A DNA stretch of 45,453 bases from an uncultured Eubacteriales bacterium (GCA_900320505.1 ONSL01000003.1:1-45453), one strand, 5' to 3'; positions 10,349 to 19,890 are shown, counted from the first letter of the stretch. The notes: a model not told the origin generated them from the sequence alone. Made by a program: numbers and translations.

Positions 10349-10987
10349 TTGGAAAAGAGAAGTTGGGATTTTTATTATTTTCTTGCTAAAGCATATTTTG
10401 ATCATTTTGGTAATCTACTTATTACTCAAAAGTTTATTACTTCTGATGGTTATACGTATGATGCAACTGGTGTAAAGTTAGGTGCTTGGATAAATAGGCA
10501 AAGAATTCTTTATAAAAATCATAAATTAAGTATTGAAAAGATTAATTTATTAAATAGTATTGGTATGGCTTGGAAAACATCAAATGTAGATGATGAGAGA
10601 TGGAATTATATGTTTCTTAAGGCACAAGATTATTTTATGAAATACAAGAGTTTAGATATGCCATATAATTTTGTTACTGAAGATAATGAAAGGCTTGCTA
10701 AATGGTTAAATATGCAGATTGCTACTTATCTTGGCACTACAGGGACTAGTTTAAGTTTTAGAAGAATCATGTTACTTGAAAGTATCAATATAGAATGGTT
10801 TAATTCTAACAAAGATTTTAAATTGCAGAAGGAAGAAATTAACAATACTAATAAAAGAAGAAAGAAGAAGGAAATTAGAAGTAGATTTATAAGCTTTCTT
10901 ACAAGGTATGATTCATCTTCATTGCCTAACAAAGAAGGATTAAATAAGAGATTTATTTACACTTTAGATAATAAAAATATAAAGTAA
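10349..10987 (+). CDS. stand-alone helicase-associated (HA) repeat protein
   Basis: Two repeats of W..yy..A..Y....G.L......DG..LG.W...QR.......L...I..L.SIG..W; TTG start after GAGGAG. Confidence 0.8.
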   Translation: MEKRSWDFYYFLAKAYFDHFGNLLITQKFITSDGYTYDATGVKLGAWINRQRILYKNHKLSIEKINLLNSIGMAWKTSNVDDERWNYMFLKAQDYFMKYKSLDMPYNFVTEDNERLAKWLNMQIATYLGTTGTSLSFRRIMLLESINIEWFNSNKDFKLQKEEINNTNKRRKKKEIRSRFISFLTRYDSSSLPNKEGLNKRFIYTLDNKNIK

Positions 10988-11152
10988 TTATGCTTTATGT
11001 TTATTTATTCTTTTTAATATTAGTTTCTTATCCATATTATTTTCTACTTAGATAATTTTATTTCCTTATTTGCTATATATGCTGTCTCATTATCAGCACT
11101 AGAGTCTAATTTAAGTATTGATAGGATATAAGTGATTTAAATAAAATATAAA

Positions 11153-11428
11153 TTATTTTTCATAATGTGTCCACATTCTATATATTAATATTTCTTTTTT
11201 TCCTTCATCAACTTTATACACAATACGGTGTTGTCTATTAATTCTTCTTGAATAAAATCCTAATAAATCCCCAGTAAGTTTTTCATAACTAGGTGGGTAA
11301 CAAAAAGGATCATCAATCATACGAGTTAAAATATTAATTGCAATTTTATCAAGCTCAGCATTTTTTAAATTTTTCTTATCCTTTATAGCTTTCTTGGAAA
11401 ACTTTATTTCATAATTACCATTCTTCAT
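11153..11428 (-). CDS. yoeB: Txe/YoeB family toxin
   Basis: EKLTGDLLGFYSRRINRQHRIVY, C-terminal THYE. Confidence 0.92.
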   Translation of the reverse strand: MKNGNYEIKFSKKAIKDKKNLKNAELDKIAINILTRMIDDPFCYPPSYEKLTGDLLGFYSRRINRQHRIVYKVDEGKKEILIYRMWTHYEK

Positions 11429-11672
11429 CAGGATTAAACCTTTCTGACTTACTCCAATCCTCATTCTCATCTATTTTTTTAATTTCATCAACATAACCTG
11501 GAATTGATGATAAGTATAATGTTTCTTCGATTCCTTTCCATTCATCCTCTGAAATTAGTACTGCATTTTTTCCTTTATTATTTACTATTGTTATAGGATT
11601 ATATCCAACATTAACGTCTGATACTAACTGATAAATATTCTTTCTTGCATTTGTTATATTAATAGTATTCAT
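11415..11672 (-). CDS. yefM: Phd/YefM family antitoxin
   Basis: NITNARKN, NAVLISEDEW..IEETLYL; overlaps toxin start. Confidence 0.92.
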   Translation of the reverse strand: MNTINITNARKNIYQLVSDVNVGYNPITIVNNKGKNAVLISEDEWKGIEETLYLSSIPGYVDEIKKIDENEDWSKSERFNPDEEW

Positions 11673-11690
11673 ATTTTTCACCTCACCTAT

Positions 11691-11719
11691 ATTATAACGT
11701 ACTTTAATACGTACGTCAA
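11691..11719 (-). promoter_or_regulatory. TA promoter with palindromic operator in the spacer
   Basis: Minus strand TTGACG (11719-11714), 17 bp, TATAAT (11696-11691); inverted repeat ACGTAC-N8-GTACGT at 11697-11716. Confidence 0.8.
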
Positions 11720-11732
11720 TAGAAATATTAAT

Positions 11733-11764
11733 AAAAAAAGAAATAGTCTTAAAACTACTTCTTT
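11733..11764 (-). terminator. terminator downstream of tRNA-Met
   Basis: Minus-strand AAAGAAGTAGT/ACTATTTCTTT stem plus T-run. Confidence 0.7.
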
Positions 11765-11774
11765 AATTACTAAA

Positions 11775-11851
11775 TGGTAGCGCCGGTGAGATTCGAACTT
11801 ACGACCTATCGGGTATGAACCGATTGCTCTAGCCAACTGAGCTACAGCGCC
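11775..11851 (-). tRNA. tRNA-Met (CAT), elongator type
   Basis: GGCGCTGTAGCTCAGTTGGCTAGAGCAATCGGTTCATACCCGATAGGTCGTAAGTTCGAATCTCACCGGCGCTACCA; cloverleaf with encoded CCA; resembles Bacillus elongator tRNA-Met and lacks the initiator GGG/CCC anticodon stem. Confidence 0.93.
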
Positions 11852-11864
11852 ATCAGACATATAA

Positions 11865-11916
11865 ATTATAACAAATAAAATTATATCTTGCAATAGTTTT
11901 TGATCTTTTCTATAAT
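11865..11916. promoter_or_regulatory. divergent promoters sharing a palindromic -35 (TTGCAA)
   Basis: TTGCAA 11888-11893 with TATAAT 17 bp away on each strand (11911-11916 plus; 11870-11865 minus). Confidence 0.65.
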
Positions 11917-11934
11917 TATATTAGGTGTAAGGTT

Positions 11935-12780
11935 ATGAAAAGATTTATAAATTTTTTGTTTTCTTTAATTATTTTTGTATCTTTATTTCTATTAACTATT
12001 GTTATTAATTTAAATTTTCTTTTTAAAGGTTCTAATCTTAAGAAAATTAACGAAAATATAGATTATACAGAACTTATTAATTTATCTGGTAAAAATATAG
12101 GTATAGAAAATGATTTAAATAATATTTATAATAATTTAATTTTGATTAAGTTAGATAGTAAAAAGATAGATGAAATATATAATAGTAGGTATTTAAAATA
12201 TTCTATTTATAGTATAGAAAATAGTTCTATTAATTATCTTCTTTATAATAAGAAATATGACGCTTTAGATGAAAATGAGCTTAATGAGATTAGCAAAAAA
12301 TATAGTAATGATGATGACTTTAACAAAGCTTTTCCTTTATTTAATAAGGTACTTATTAATTTCAGTATGAAAGCTAAAGAAAGTATTGATAGTATTCCAA
12401 GCAAATATTTGAAAGTTATAAGATTTATGTTTAGCAATAATTTTAAAATTATACTTATTACTATTATTACTATTTCTTGTATAATTCTTATATTTATAGA
12501 TAAAGAAAAGTTTATTCCAAATATTTTTGTTCCTAGTTTAATTCTTGGAATACTTGAGCTTTTGATAGTGTTCTTTGCTCCTAATTTAATATATAAGTAT
12601 TTAGATGAGTTTATATATGTTGTTATAAATCCTTATCTTTCAAGTTTTAATAGAACACTTTTAATTACTAGTTTGATTATTATGATTGTTAGTGTAATAT
12701 ATCTTGCTATATATGATAGAACTGAAAGCAAAAGTAAGATTGTTTTAAAGAAAAAGATAAGAAATAAAAATATTGAATAA
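11935..12780 (+). CDS. hypothetical membrane protein (~4 TM)
   Basis: N-terminal TM, soluble loop, three C-terminal hydrophobic segments. Confidence 0.7.
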   Translation: MKRFINFLFSLIIFVSLFLLTIVINLNFLFKGSNLKKINENIDYTELINLSGKNIGIENDLNNIYNNLILIKLDSKKIDEIYNSRYLKYSIYSIENSSINYLLYNKKYDALDENELNEISKKYSNDDDFNKAFPLFNKVLINFSMKAKESIDSIPSKYLKVIRFMFSNNFKIILITIITISCIILIFIDKEKFIPNIFVPSLILGILELLIVFFAPNLIYKYLDEFIYVVINPYLSSFNRTLLITSLIIMIVSVIYLAIYDRTESKSKIVLKKKIRNKNIE

Positions 12781-12838
12781 ATTTGAAAGTATGATATAAT
12801 TAATAATAGTTAAAGAATAATATTTGGAGGATTTAATT

Positions 12839-13267
12839 ATGGCATTAAATAATTTTAAGAAATTTTTCGGTGGGGATGTAGAAGAAACAGAGAATGAGGG
12901 AGGAGTAGATGAAGAATTCTATTCAGTAACTAGAGATGGTTATAAAGAAGAAAATGGTACTGGTGGATCTAAGGTTATGCTTCTAGAACCACGTGCTTAT
13001 TCTGAGTCTCAACAAATTGCTGATTATTTAAAGACAAGAAACTCTGTTGTTGTTAATCTAAAGAGAGTTACACCCGATCAGGCTAAAAGAATAGTTGATT
13101 TCTTAAGCGGTACTATATATGCTATCGGTGGTGATCTTAAAAAGTTAGGTGGAGGTATATTTTTATGTACTCCAAATAATGTAAATGTTGAAGGCAAAAT
13201 TACTGATGAAAATATGAAGAAAGAAGAAAAAGAAGAGAAAAAAGAGGAGGACGAATTTAACTGGTAA
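12839..13267 (+). CDS. sepF: cell division protein SepF
   Basis: [32 protein letters not shown]; RBS GGAGG. Confidence 0.95.
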   Translation: MALNNFKKFFGGDVEETENEGGVDEEFYSVTRDGYKEENGTGGSKVMLLEPRAYSESQQIADYLKTRNSVVVNLKRVTPDQAKRIVDFLSGTIYAIGGDLKKLGGGIFLCTPNNVNVEGKITDENMKKEEKEEKKEEDEFNW

Positions 13268-13286
13268 TGCTTGCTAGGGGGTTCAT

Positions 13287-13652
13287 ATGGAGAAGTTTAG
13301 TCTTGAAGTAAATGGTTATAATAGAGAAGAGGTAAATAATTTTATTTCCTCTCTTTTAGCTCGTAATGAAGGATTAGTTGATTTATGTAGTAAGCAGCAG
13401 CAAGAACTTGCTAGTCTTCAAAAAGAACTTTATGAATATAAGAGTTCAAATGATAAATCAACTATTATCAATGATGCAAAGATGATGTCTAGTAGAATAT
13501 TAAATGAATCTTTGTTAAAAGCAGATGAGATAGATAAAAATAATGAGTTATTAAAGAAAAATATGGGTATTTTAATGAGACGTATGAATGTTTTGATAGA
13601 TCAAGAAAAAGCTATTTTGAAGGAATTTGATGATTTAGGTAAGATGGAGTAG
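13287..13652 (+). CDS. divIVA: DivIVA-domain protein
   Basis: F...NGYNREEV..F N-terminus followed by coiled coil; sepF-divIVA-ileS synteny. Confidence 0.8.
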   Translation: MEKFSLEVNGYNREEVNNFISSLLARNEGLVDLCSKQQQELASLQKELYEYKSSNDKSTIINDAKMMSSRILNESLLKADEIDKNNELLKKNMGILMRRMNVLIDQEKAILKEFDDLGKME

Positions 13653-13709
13653 TTATTTACTATTTCTTTTTTGTTCTGATACAATATGCTAAATTTATGG
13701 AGGATAATT

Positions 13710-15164
13710 ATGAATACTGATTTTGAAATTAAAAATAATATTGAAAATTTAAAACAACGACTTTATTTAGAAGTATATGATTATAATGAAGAAGCAAGAC
13801 GCCTTCCTGATATAAAATCTAGGCTTGATTTACTTTCTTCTATATGTGAAATGCTTAAGAATAATGATTTAAATAATAATGATTTATTAGGACTTTTTCT
13901 TTTGATTGAAAATGCTTATCCTAAAGATATTTATGAATATTATGAAAAGAAGCTTCTAAATTATGTTCTTTCTAAAAATGATCTTCGTGAAAATAGTGAG
14001 TATTTTGAAAAAGAAATAAATAATTCTAAAAGTAATTTTAATAGTATTCGTTCATCTATTAATAAAGATTTTGAAAGCGAATTAATTAAATATCGTAAGT
14101 GTAAAAATTTTGTTTATAAGAATAAAAAAAGAATTATTTCTTATAGAAAAATCATTAGTGGTTTTAAATTCAATACTGTTATTGATAAAGATGAACTCGA
14201 TGCTCTTATGTGCTATTTTAATGAAAATGATGTTCCAGTTTCTAAAATTACCTTATTTCTAGAAATTATTAAAGAACATAATTTATCAATTAAAAATCCT
14301 ACTCAAAAGATTTATAAATCTGGTTTTGAAATGCTTCTTGATAAATATCATGAACTTCAAATAGATTATAAATATGAAAATGAAGAATTAGATGGTAAGA
14401 TTAATAATTATATGGCACTTATTTCAAACGATGATTTTGTAGAAAATGTTAAGTGTTTGCCTAAAGTTACTAGAGGAGAGGTTACTTTGGAAGAATATGA
14501 TTATATATACATATCTATTCTTAATAATATTGCTAAAGAAATTAGTGATTTAAAGATGGATTTATGTGATTCTTATACTAATTCAGATGATGCAGAACTT
14601 AATAAAGTTATATTTTCAGTTTATAGAGATTATAAAGATAGATATAATGTTGTATTTAAAGAGTATAGAACAGATAGAGAAAAATATCTTGAAAGAGAAA
14701 AATTAAATGATGAGATTAATATGACATATAATCCAGAAAATGAGTATGAAAAGAATGTTATTTTCTTAAAAAATAATGGAAAAGTTTATTTGGATAGTGA
14801 TATGAAAGATATTCCAGAAGAGTATTATAGTAGAGTCTATGATCTACTTGATGGTTTTAGAAATGGTACACTTGGTAGTAGAAGTGTTAAACCTTTAGTC
14901 AATAATGATGAATTTAAAAGTTTTAGAGAATTAAAGGATGATCAGGTTAGAATAGTGTATAAAGAGATTGGTAATAATTGTTATCTTATATTAGGTGTGG
15001 GAGTAAAAAAAGCTAATAGTGATGTGTTCTTGCTAAAGAAGCTTACTAAAAGATATAAGAAATTAAGTGATACTGAAATTAAAGAACTTGAAAATGAAAG
15101 TTCATCATATTTTGATGAAATTAAAAAATTTGTTTTAGAAAATGGTAGAAAAGGTAATAGATAA
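13710..15164 (+). CDS. large helical protein with C-terminal RelE/ParE-like domain
   Basis: C-terminal VKPL....FRELKDDQVRIVY......YLILGVGVKK resembles RelE/Gp49; RBS GGAGG before ATG 13710. Confidence 0.6.
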   Translation: MNTDFEIKNNIENLKQRLYLEVYDYNEEARRLPDIKSRLDLLSSICEMLKNNDLNNNDLLGLFLLIENAYPKDIYEYYEKKLLNYVLSKNDLRENSEYFEKEINNSKSNFNSIRSSINKDFESELIKYRKCKNFVYKNKKRIISYRKIISGFKFNTVIDKDELDALMCYFNENDVPVSKITLFLEIIKEHNLSIKNPTQKIYKSGFEMLLDKYHELQIDYKYENEELDGKINNYMALISNDDFVENVKCLPKVTRGEVTLEEYDYIYISILNNIAKEISDLKMDLCDSYTNSDDAELNKVIFSVYRDYKDRYNVVFKEYRTDREKYLEREKLNDEINMTYNPENEYEKNVIFLKNNGKVYLDSDMKDIPEEYYSRVYDLLDGFRNGTLGSRSVKPLVNNDEFKSFRELKDDQVRIVYKEIGNNCYLILGVGVKKANSDVFLLKKLTKRYKKLSDTEIKELENESSSYFDEIKKFVLENGRKGNR

Positions 15165-15167
15165 TTC

Positions 15168-15196
15168 TTGATAAAGTTAATTTAGTGTGATAGAAT
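15168..15196 (+). promoter_or_regulatory. sigma-A promoter for the ileS leader
   Basis: TTGATA, 17 bp, TG-A-TAGAAT. Confidence 0.65.
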
Positions 15197-15202
15197 TGTG
15201 TT

Positions 15203-15402
15203 GTTAAGCAGATAAAGGAAGACGGAAATAATTGAAAATTTAAAGAGAGCATATGTTTGGTGTAAATATGCAATTAGTAAATTATTTTAGATCACTTCTT
15301 TTTGCAATATATTAAAAGTATATTCGGGTAGCTCTGTTAAAAGCTTTAAAGTATTAATTAAGGTGGTACCACGGTTTTCGTCCTTTGGCATCATCTTTTT
15401 TT
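15203..15402 (+). promoter_or_regulatory. T-box riboswitch (Ile)
   Basis: AGAGA...GGTGTAA stem I motifs, specifier ATC at 15291-15293, T-box AGGTGGTACCACG at 15361-15373. Confidence 0.92.
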
Positions 15403-15419
15403 ATTTATAGGAGGATATT

Positions 15420-18400
15420 ATGGAATTTCAAAAGTTGGAAAAAGGAAAAGATAGTGTAATTGAAAGTAAGATAAGTGATTACTGGGATAGTATTAATATT
15501 TTAAATAGAAGTATTGAAACTAGAAATAATGGTAAGAAATGGGTGTTTTATGATGGACCTATTTATGCTAATGCTAAGCCTGGTATTCATCATGTATTTG
15601 CAAAAACTATTAAAGATGCTTTTTGTAAGTATAAGACTATGAATGGTTATAGAGTAGAGAGAAAGATAGGTCTTGATACTCATGGACTTCCAATAGAAGT
15701 TAATGTTGAGAAAAAATTAGGCTTTAAGGGTAAAAGCGATATTGAAAAATTCGGTATAGAAAATTTCTGCAGGGAATGCAATAAAGCAACTCTTACTAAT
15801 ACTTCTGAAGTCGATAGAGTAACTCGTATGATGGGTCAATTTATCGATACTAAAAATCCTTATATTACTTGTTCCAATGATTATATAGAATCTGAATGGT
15901 GGATTTTAAAGGAAATGGATAAGAAAGGACTTTTATATCATTCAAATAAAGTTCTTCCTTATTGTCCTAGATGTGGTACAGAACTTTCTCAAAATGAAGT
16001 TGCTCAAGAGTATCATGAAGATACAGTAAATACTGTTTATGTCCCATTTAAGATTAAAGAAAAAGATGAATATTTTCTTGTTTGGACAACTACTCCATGG
16101 ACTTTAATTGCTAATCTTGCTTTATGTGTTAATCCAGATATGGATTATGCTTTAGTTGAAAGTCAAGGAAATAAGTTTATTCTTGCTAAAGATTTAGTAG
16201 GTAGTTTATTTGATGATTACAAGATAATTAAAGAAATGAAAGGTGATAGTTTAGTTGGAACTGAATATGAACAATTGATGCCTTTTGTTAAAGTCAGTGG
16301 TAAAGCTTTTACTGTTGTTGCTGATTCTTATGTTACTAACGCAGATGGTACTGGTGTTGTTCATATTGCTCCTGCTTATGGAGAAGATGATGCAAGGGTA
16401 TGCAAAGAAAATGGTATTACTTTTGTAAATCCAGTAGGAAAGGATGGATGTTATACTGAAGGTCCTTGGAAAGGCTCTCTAGTTACTAGTCCTGATCTTG
16501 AAATTGAAATAATTAAATGGTTAAAAGAAAATGGAAAGTTATTTAGAAAACAAAAGTTAAAACATAATTATCCTCACTGCTGGAGATGTAAGAGTCCACT
16601 TATCTATTATGCTAAACCTGCTTGGTATATTAAAACAACTGCATATAAAGATAAGATTATAGAAGCTAATAAGAAAGTTAATTGGTATCCGTCTTTTGTT
16701 GGAGAAAAACGTTTTGCAAATTGGCTTGAAAATATGGTTGATTGGGGAATTTCCAGAAATAGATATTGGGGTTGCCCAATGCCTATTTGGACTTGTGATT
16801 GTGGCGAAAGAGTTGTTATAGGTTCTAGAGAAGAACTTCAAGAAAAAATTGTTGAAGATGTAGATGTTTCTAAACTAGAATTACATAGACCATATGTTGA
16901 TAATCTTCATATAAAATGTCCTAAGTGTGGTAAATTAATGAATAGAGTTCCAGACGTTCTAGATGTTTGGTTTGATAGTGGCTCTATGCCTTATGCACAG
17001 TGGCATTATCCATTTGAAAACAAGGAAAAGTTTAAAGACCAATTTCCTGCTGATTTTATTGCAGAAGGTGTTGATCAAACTCGTGGATGGTTTTATGTTT
17101 TAATTGTTATTTCAACTATTTTATCAGGTGAAAGTTCATTTAAAAATGTTGTTGTTAATGATATGATGCTTGATAAAAATGGTAAGAAGATGAGTAAATC
17201 AATTGGTAATATTATTGATCCTGTTGAAATAATGACTAAATATGGTGCTGATACTATAAGATTTTATATGATGTATGTTTCTCCTGTTTGGACACCTTTA
17301 AAATTTTCTGAAGAAGGAGTTAAGGAAGTCTATTCTAAATACACATCTACTATGAAAAATCTTTATTCATTTTTTGAAATGTATGCTAATGCTGATCATA
17401 TAGATCCTAGAGAATATGATGTTAAAATTGAAAATAGAGAACTAATTGATAAATGGCTTCTTTCTAAACTTAATAAGTTAATTAAAAATGTTAGAGAAGC
17501 TTATGATGAGTTTGATCTTAATAAGGTTGCAAGACTTGTTGTACCATTTATAAATGATGATTTTTCTAACTGGTATATTAGATCTACTAGAAGAAGATTC
17601 TGGGATTCTGAATTAACTTTATCCAAAAAAGCTGTTTATAAAACTACATACGAGGTTCTTCTAGCTCTTGTAAAGATTTGCGCTCCACTTACACCTTTTG
17701 TTACTGAAGAAATTTATAGAAAGTTAACTGGAGAAGAGTCTGTTCATCTTGAAAGTTTCCCAGAATATAATGAGGAACTTGTCAATGATGAGGCAGAAGA
17801 GAGAATGGATCTTGTAAGAGAGGTTTGCTCACTTGGTAGAAATGCAAGAGAGACTGCTGAGATAAAGGTTAGACAGCCAATTAAAACTTTAATACTTCCA
17901 TATGGCAATAAGGCAATTATTGGTGATCTTCTTCCAATTATAAAAGAGGAATTAAATGTAAAAGAAGTAGAATTCGTTAAAGATATGGATAAGTATCTTG
18001 AGTATTCAGTTAAACCTAATTTTAAAGAGGTTGGTAAGATTCTAGGACCAAGAGTTTCTCTATTCAAAGAGTATCTTGAAAATATTTCAAAAGAAGATAT
18101 TGAAAAATTGAAAGAAGGAGAACTTCATATTTCACTTGGAGGAGATTCTTATACAATAACTCCTTCTATGGTGCTTATTGATTTAAAAGAAAAAGAGGGA
18201 TTTGCTTCTAAAACTTCTAATATGACTAGTGTTGTTCTTGACACTAATTTAACTGATGATTTAATACTTGAAGGACTTGCAAGAGAATTTGTAAGAACAG
18301 TTCAGGCATTAAGAAAAGAAAAAGATCTTGTAATTACTGATCACATAAATATTTATTATGATGGTGATAAGGATCTTGATAGGATGCTTTCAGAGTTTGA

Positions 18401-18509
18401 TTCATATGTTAAGGGTGAAACTCTTGCAAATGATATTGTTTCTAAAAAGACTTCTAAAGAATATGAACTTAATGGACATAAATGCAGTATTGATATTGAA
18501 AAAATATAA
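15420..18509 (+). CDS. ileS: isoleucine--tRNA ligase, type 2
   Basis: YDGP..AN.KPGIHH, WTTTPWT, DWGISRNRYWG, EGVDQTRGWF, KMSKS; 1029 aa with the IleRS2 C-terminus and no C-terminal Zn finger. Confidence 0.97.
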   Translation: MEFQKLEKGKDSVIESKISDYWDSINILNRSIETRNNGKKWVFYDGPIYANAKPGIHHVFAKTIKDAFCKYKTMNGYRVERKIGLDTHGLPIEVNVEKKLGFKGKSDIEKFGIENFCRECNKATLTNTSEVDRVTRMMGQFIDTKNPYITCSNDYIESEWWILKEMDKKGLLYHSNKVLPYCPRCGTELSQNEVAQEYHEDTVNTVYVPFKIKEKDEYFLVWTTTPWTLIANLALCVNPDMDYALVESQGNKFILAKDLVGSLFDDYKIIKEMKGDSLVGTEYEQLMPFVKVSGKAFTVVADSYVTNADGTGVVHIAPAYGEDDARVCKENGITFVNPVGKDGCYTEGPWKGSLVTSPDLEIEIIKWLKENGKLFRKQKLKHNYPHCWRCKSPLIYYAKPAWYIKTTAYKDKIIEANKKVNWYPSFVGEKRFANWLENMVDWGISRNRYWGCPMPIWTCDCGERVVIGSREELQEKIVEDVDVSKLELHRPYVDNLHIKCPKCGKLMNRVPDVLDVWFDSGSMPYAQWHYPFENKEKFKDQFPADFIAEGVDQTRGWFYVLIVISTILSGESSFKNVVVNDMMLDKNGKKMSKSIGNIIDPVEIMTKYGADTIRFYMMYVSPVWTPLKFSEEGVKEVYSKYTSTMKNLYSFFEMYANADHIDPREYDVKIENRELIDKWLLSKLNKLIKNVREAYDEFDLNKVARLVVPFINDDFSNWYIRSTRRRFWDSELTLSKKAVYKTTYEVLLALVKICAPLTPFVTEEIYRKLTGEESVHLESFPEYNEELVNDEAEERMDLVREVCSLGRNARETAEIKVRQPIKTLILPYGNKAIIGDLLPIIKEELNVKEVEFVKDMDKYLEYSVKPNFKEVGKILGPRVSLFKEYLENISKEDIEKLKEGELHISLGGDSYTITPSMVLIDLKEKEGFASKTSNMTSVVLDTNLTDDLILEGLAREFVRTVQALRKEKDLVITDHINIYYDGDKDLDRMLSEFDSYVKGETLANDIVSKKTSKEYELNGHKCSIDIEKI

Positions 18510-18571
18510 ATTTTATATATAATTTATTCACTTAAGAGATTAAGTTATGTATTATTTTCATATAATGTATT

Positions 18572-18661
18572 TGTTAATAATTAATGTTATTAACATAAAA
18601 AGTAGCGATTCCGGCTATGACAGGAACTTAAAAAAGCACTAGAGTTTTATACTCTAGTTTT
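18572..18661 (+). ncRNA. candidate ~90-nt small RNA (hairpin, possible pseudoknot, terminator)
   Basis: TATAAT 18561-18566; hairpin 18572-18595; TAGC/GCTA stem whose loop TTCC is complementary to GGAA 18623-18626; terminator 18638-18661. Confidence 0.3.
18638..18661 (+). terminator. intrinsic terminator
   Basis: ACTAGAGT/ACTCTAGT stem plus T-run. Confidence 0.75.
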
Positions 18662-18698
18662 ATTTTTTTATTTATTGTATAATATTTGTGGTGATATT

Positions 18699-19565
18699 AT
18701 GTTATTAATTGGTAGTCATGTTGGATATAATAGTAAGGATGGGCTTCTTGGTAGTTGTAAAGAAGCAGCATCTTATGGTGAAAATGTTTTTATGTTTTAT
18801 ACAGGTGCTCCTCAAAATACTGTTAGGAGTTCAATAGATATTAGTAAGAGAGACGAAGCTTTTAAATTTATGGAAGAAAATGGTATTGTTAAAGATAAAG
18901 TTATAGTACATGCTCCTTATATTATTAATCTTGCTAATACTGAAAAATATGATTTTGCAGTTTCATTTTTAAAGGCTGAATGTAAAAGGGTAGAGGAACT
19001 TGGCGTGCACTATCTTGTTCTTCATCCTGGAAGTCATGTTGGCCTTGGAAGAGATACTGCGATTTCTAATATAATAAATGGTTTAAATGAAGTTCTTCCA
19101 GAAACTAGTGTTACTATTCTTCTTGAGACTATGGCTGGAAAAGGCACTGAAGTTGGAAAAACAATTGAAGATATTAAAGAAATGATAAATGGTGTTAATT
19201 ATAAAAATATTGGTGTATGTTTAGATACCTGTCATTTAAATGATGCAGGATATGATATGTCAGATTTTTCTTCTTATTTAGATTCGTTTGATAAAGAAAT
19301 TGGCATTTCATATATAAAATGTGTTCATGTAAATGATAGCAAGAATCCTTTAGGTGCACATAAGGATAGACATGATAATATTGGATATGGTACTATTGGT
19401 TTTCAAAATTTAATTAACATTATTTATGATGAAAGACTTAAAGATGCTCCTAAAATTTTAGAAACTCCTTATATAAATAAAAAACCTCCATATAAATATG
19501 AAATAGAGGAAATTAAAAATAAAACTTTTAATAAAGATTTAATAGATATAGTTACTAATAGTTAA
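18699..19565 (+). CDS. nfo: endonuclease IV
   Basis: HAPYIINLA, LHPGSH, ETMAGKG, DTCH, H.NDSK and DRH motifs. Confidence 0.96.
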   Translation: MLLIGSHVGYNSKDGLLGSCKEAASYGENVFMFYTGAPQNTVRSSIDISKRDEAFKFMEENGIVKDKVIVHAPYIINLANTEKYDFAVSFLKAECKRVEELGVHYLVLHPGSHVGLGRDTAISNIINGLNEVLPETSVTILLETMAGKGTEVGKTIEDIKEMINGVNYKNIGVCLDTCHLNDAGYDMSDFSSYLDSFDKEIGISYIKCVHVNDSKNPLGAHKDRHDNIGYGTIGFQNLINIIYDERLKDAPKILETPYINKKPPYKYEIEEIKNKTFNKDLIDIVTNS

Positions 19566-19816
19566 AGATATTTATCTCTTAATTCAATATATAGATTTAG
19601 TATTTTATCTAGATCTTTTTTATTAACTTTATCATATAGATAATTTAATGATGTTTTATAATCTTTATTTAATAAGTCATTATAGTATGTTTTAACTGCT
19701 TTATTTATATATTTTGATTCTTCTTCTGATATTTCTATATTTTTTATGTAAAGAAGTCCTCTTACTAAATATGGATTTAAATAGTTAATATTGTTTTTTA
19801 TTAATTTTATTATCAT
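19562..19816 (-). CDS. small protein, possibly DUF2624 (YqfT-like)
   Basis: 84-aa ORF convergent with nfo, in the same position as Bacillus yqfT; I.ISEEE..I pattern. Confidence 0.5.
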   Translation of the reverse strand: MIIKLIKNNINYLNPYLVRGLLYIKNIEISEEESKYINKAVKTYYNDLLNKDYKTSLNYLYDKVNKKDLDKILNLYIELRDKYL

Positions 19817-19890
19817 TTTATCAATCCTTTTTTAAAATATATGCACATTACTTTTAAAATATGTGTTAAACTAATAGATGAGGGAATATT

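Noticed and set aside
11153-11851. Intact integrative element at tRNA-Met
   Set aside because: No integrase and no duplicated tRNA 3' end found in the window.
11687-11893. 68-aa minus-strand ORF
   Set aside because: It overlaps the tRNA-Met gene and promoter elements; spurious.
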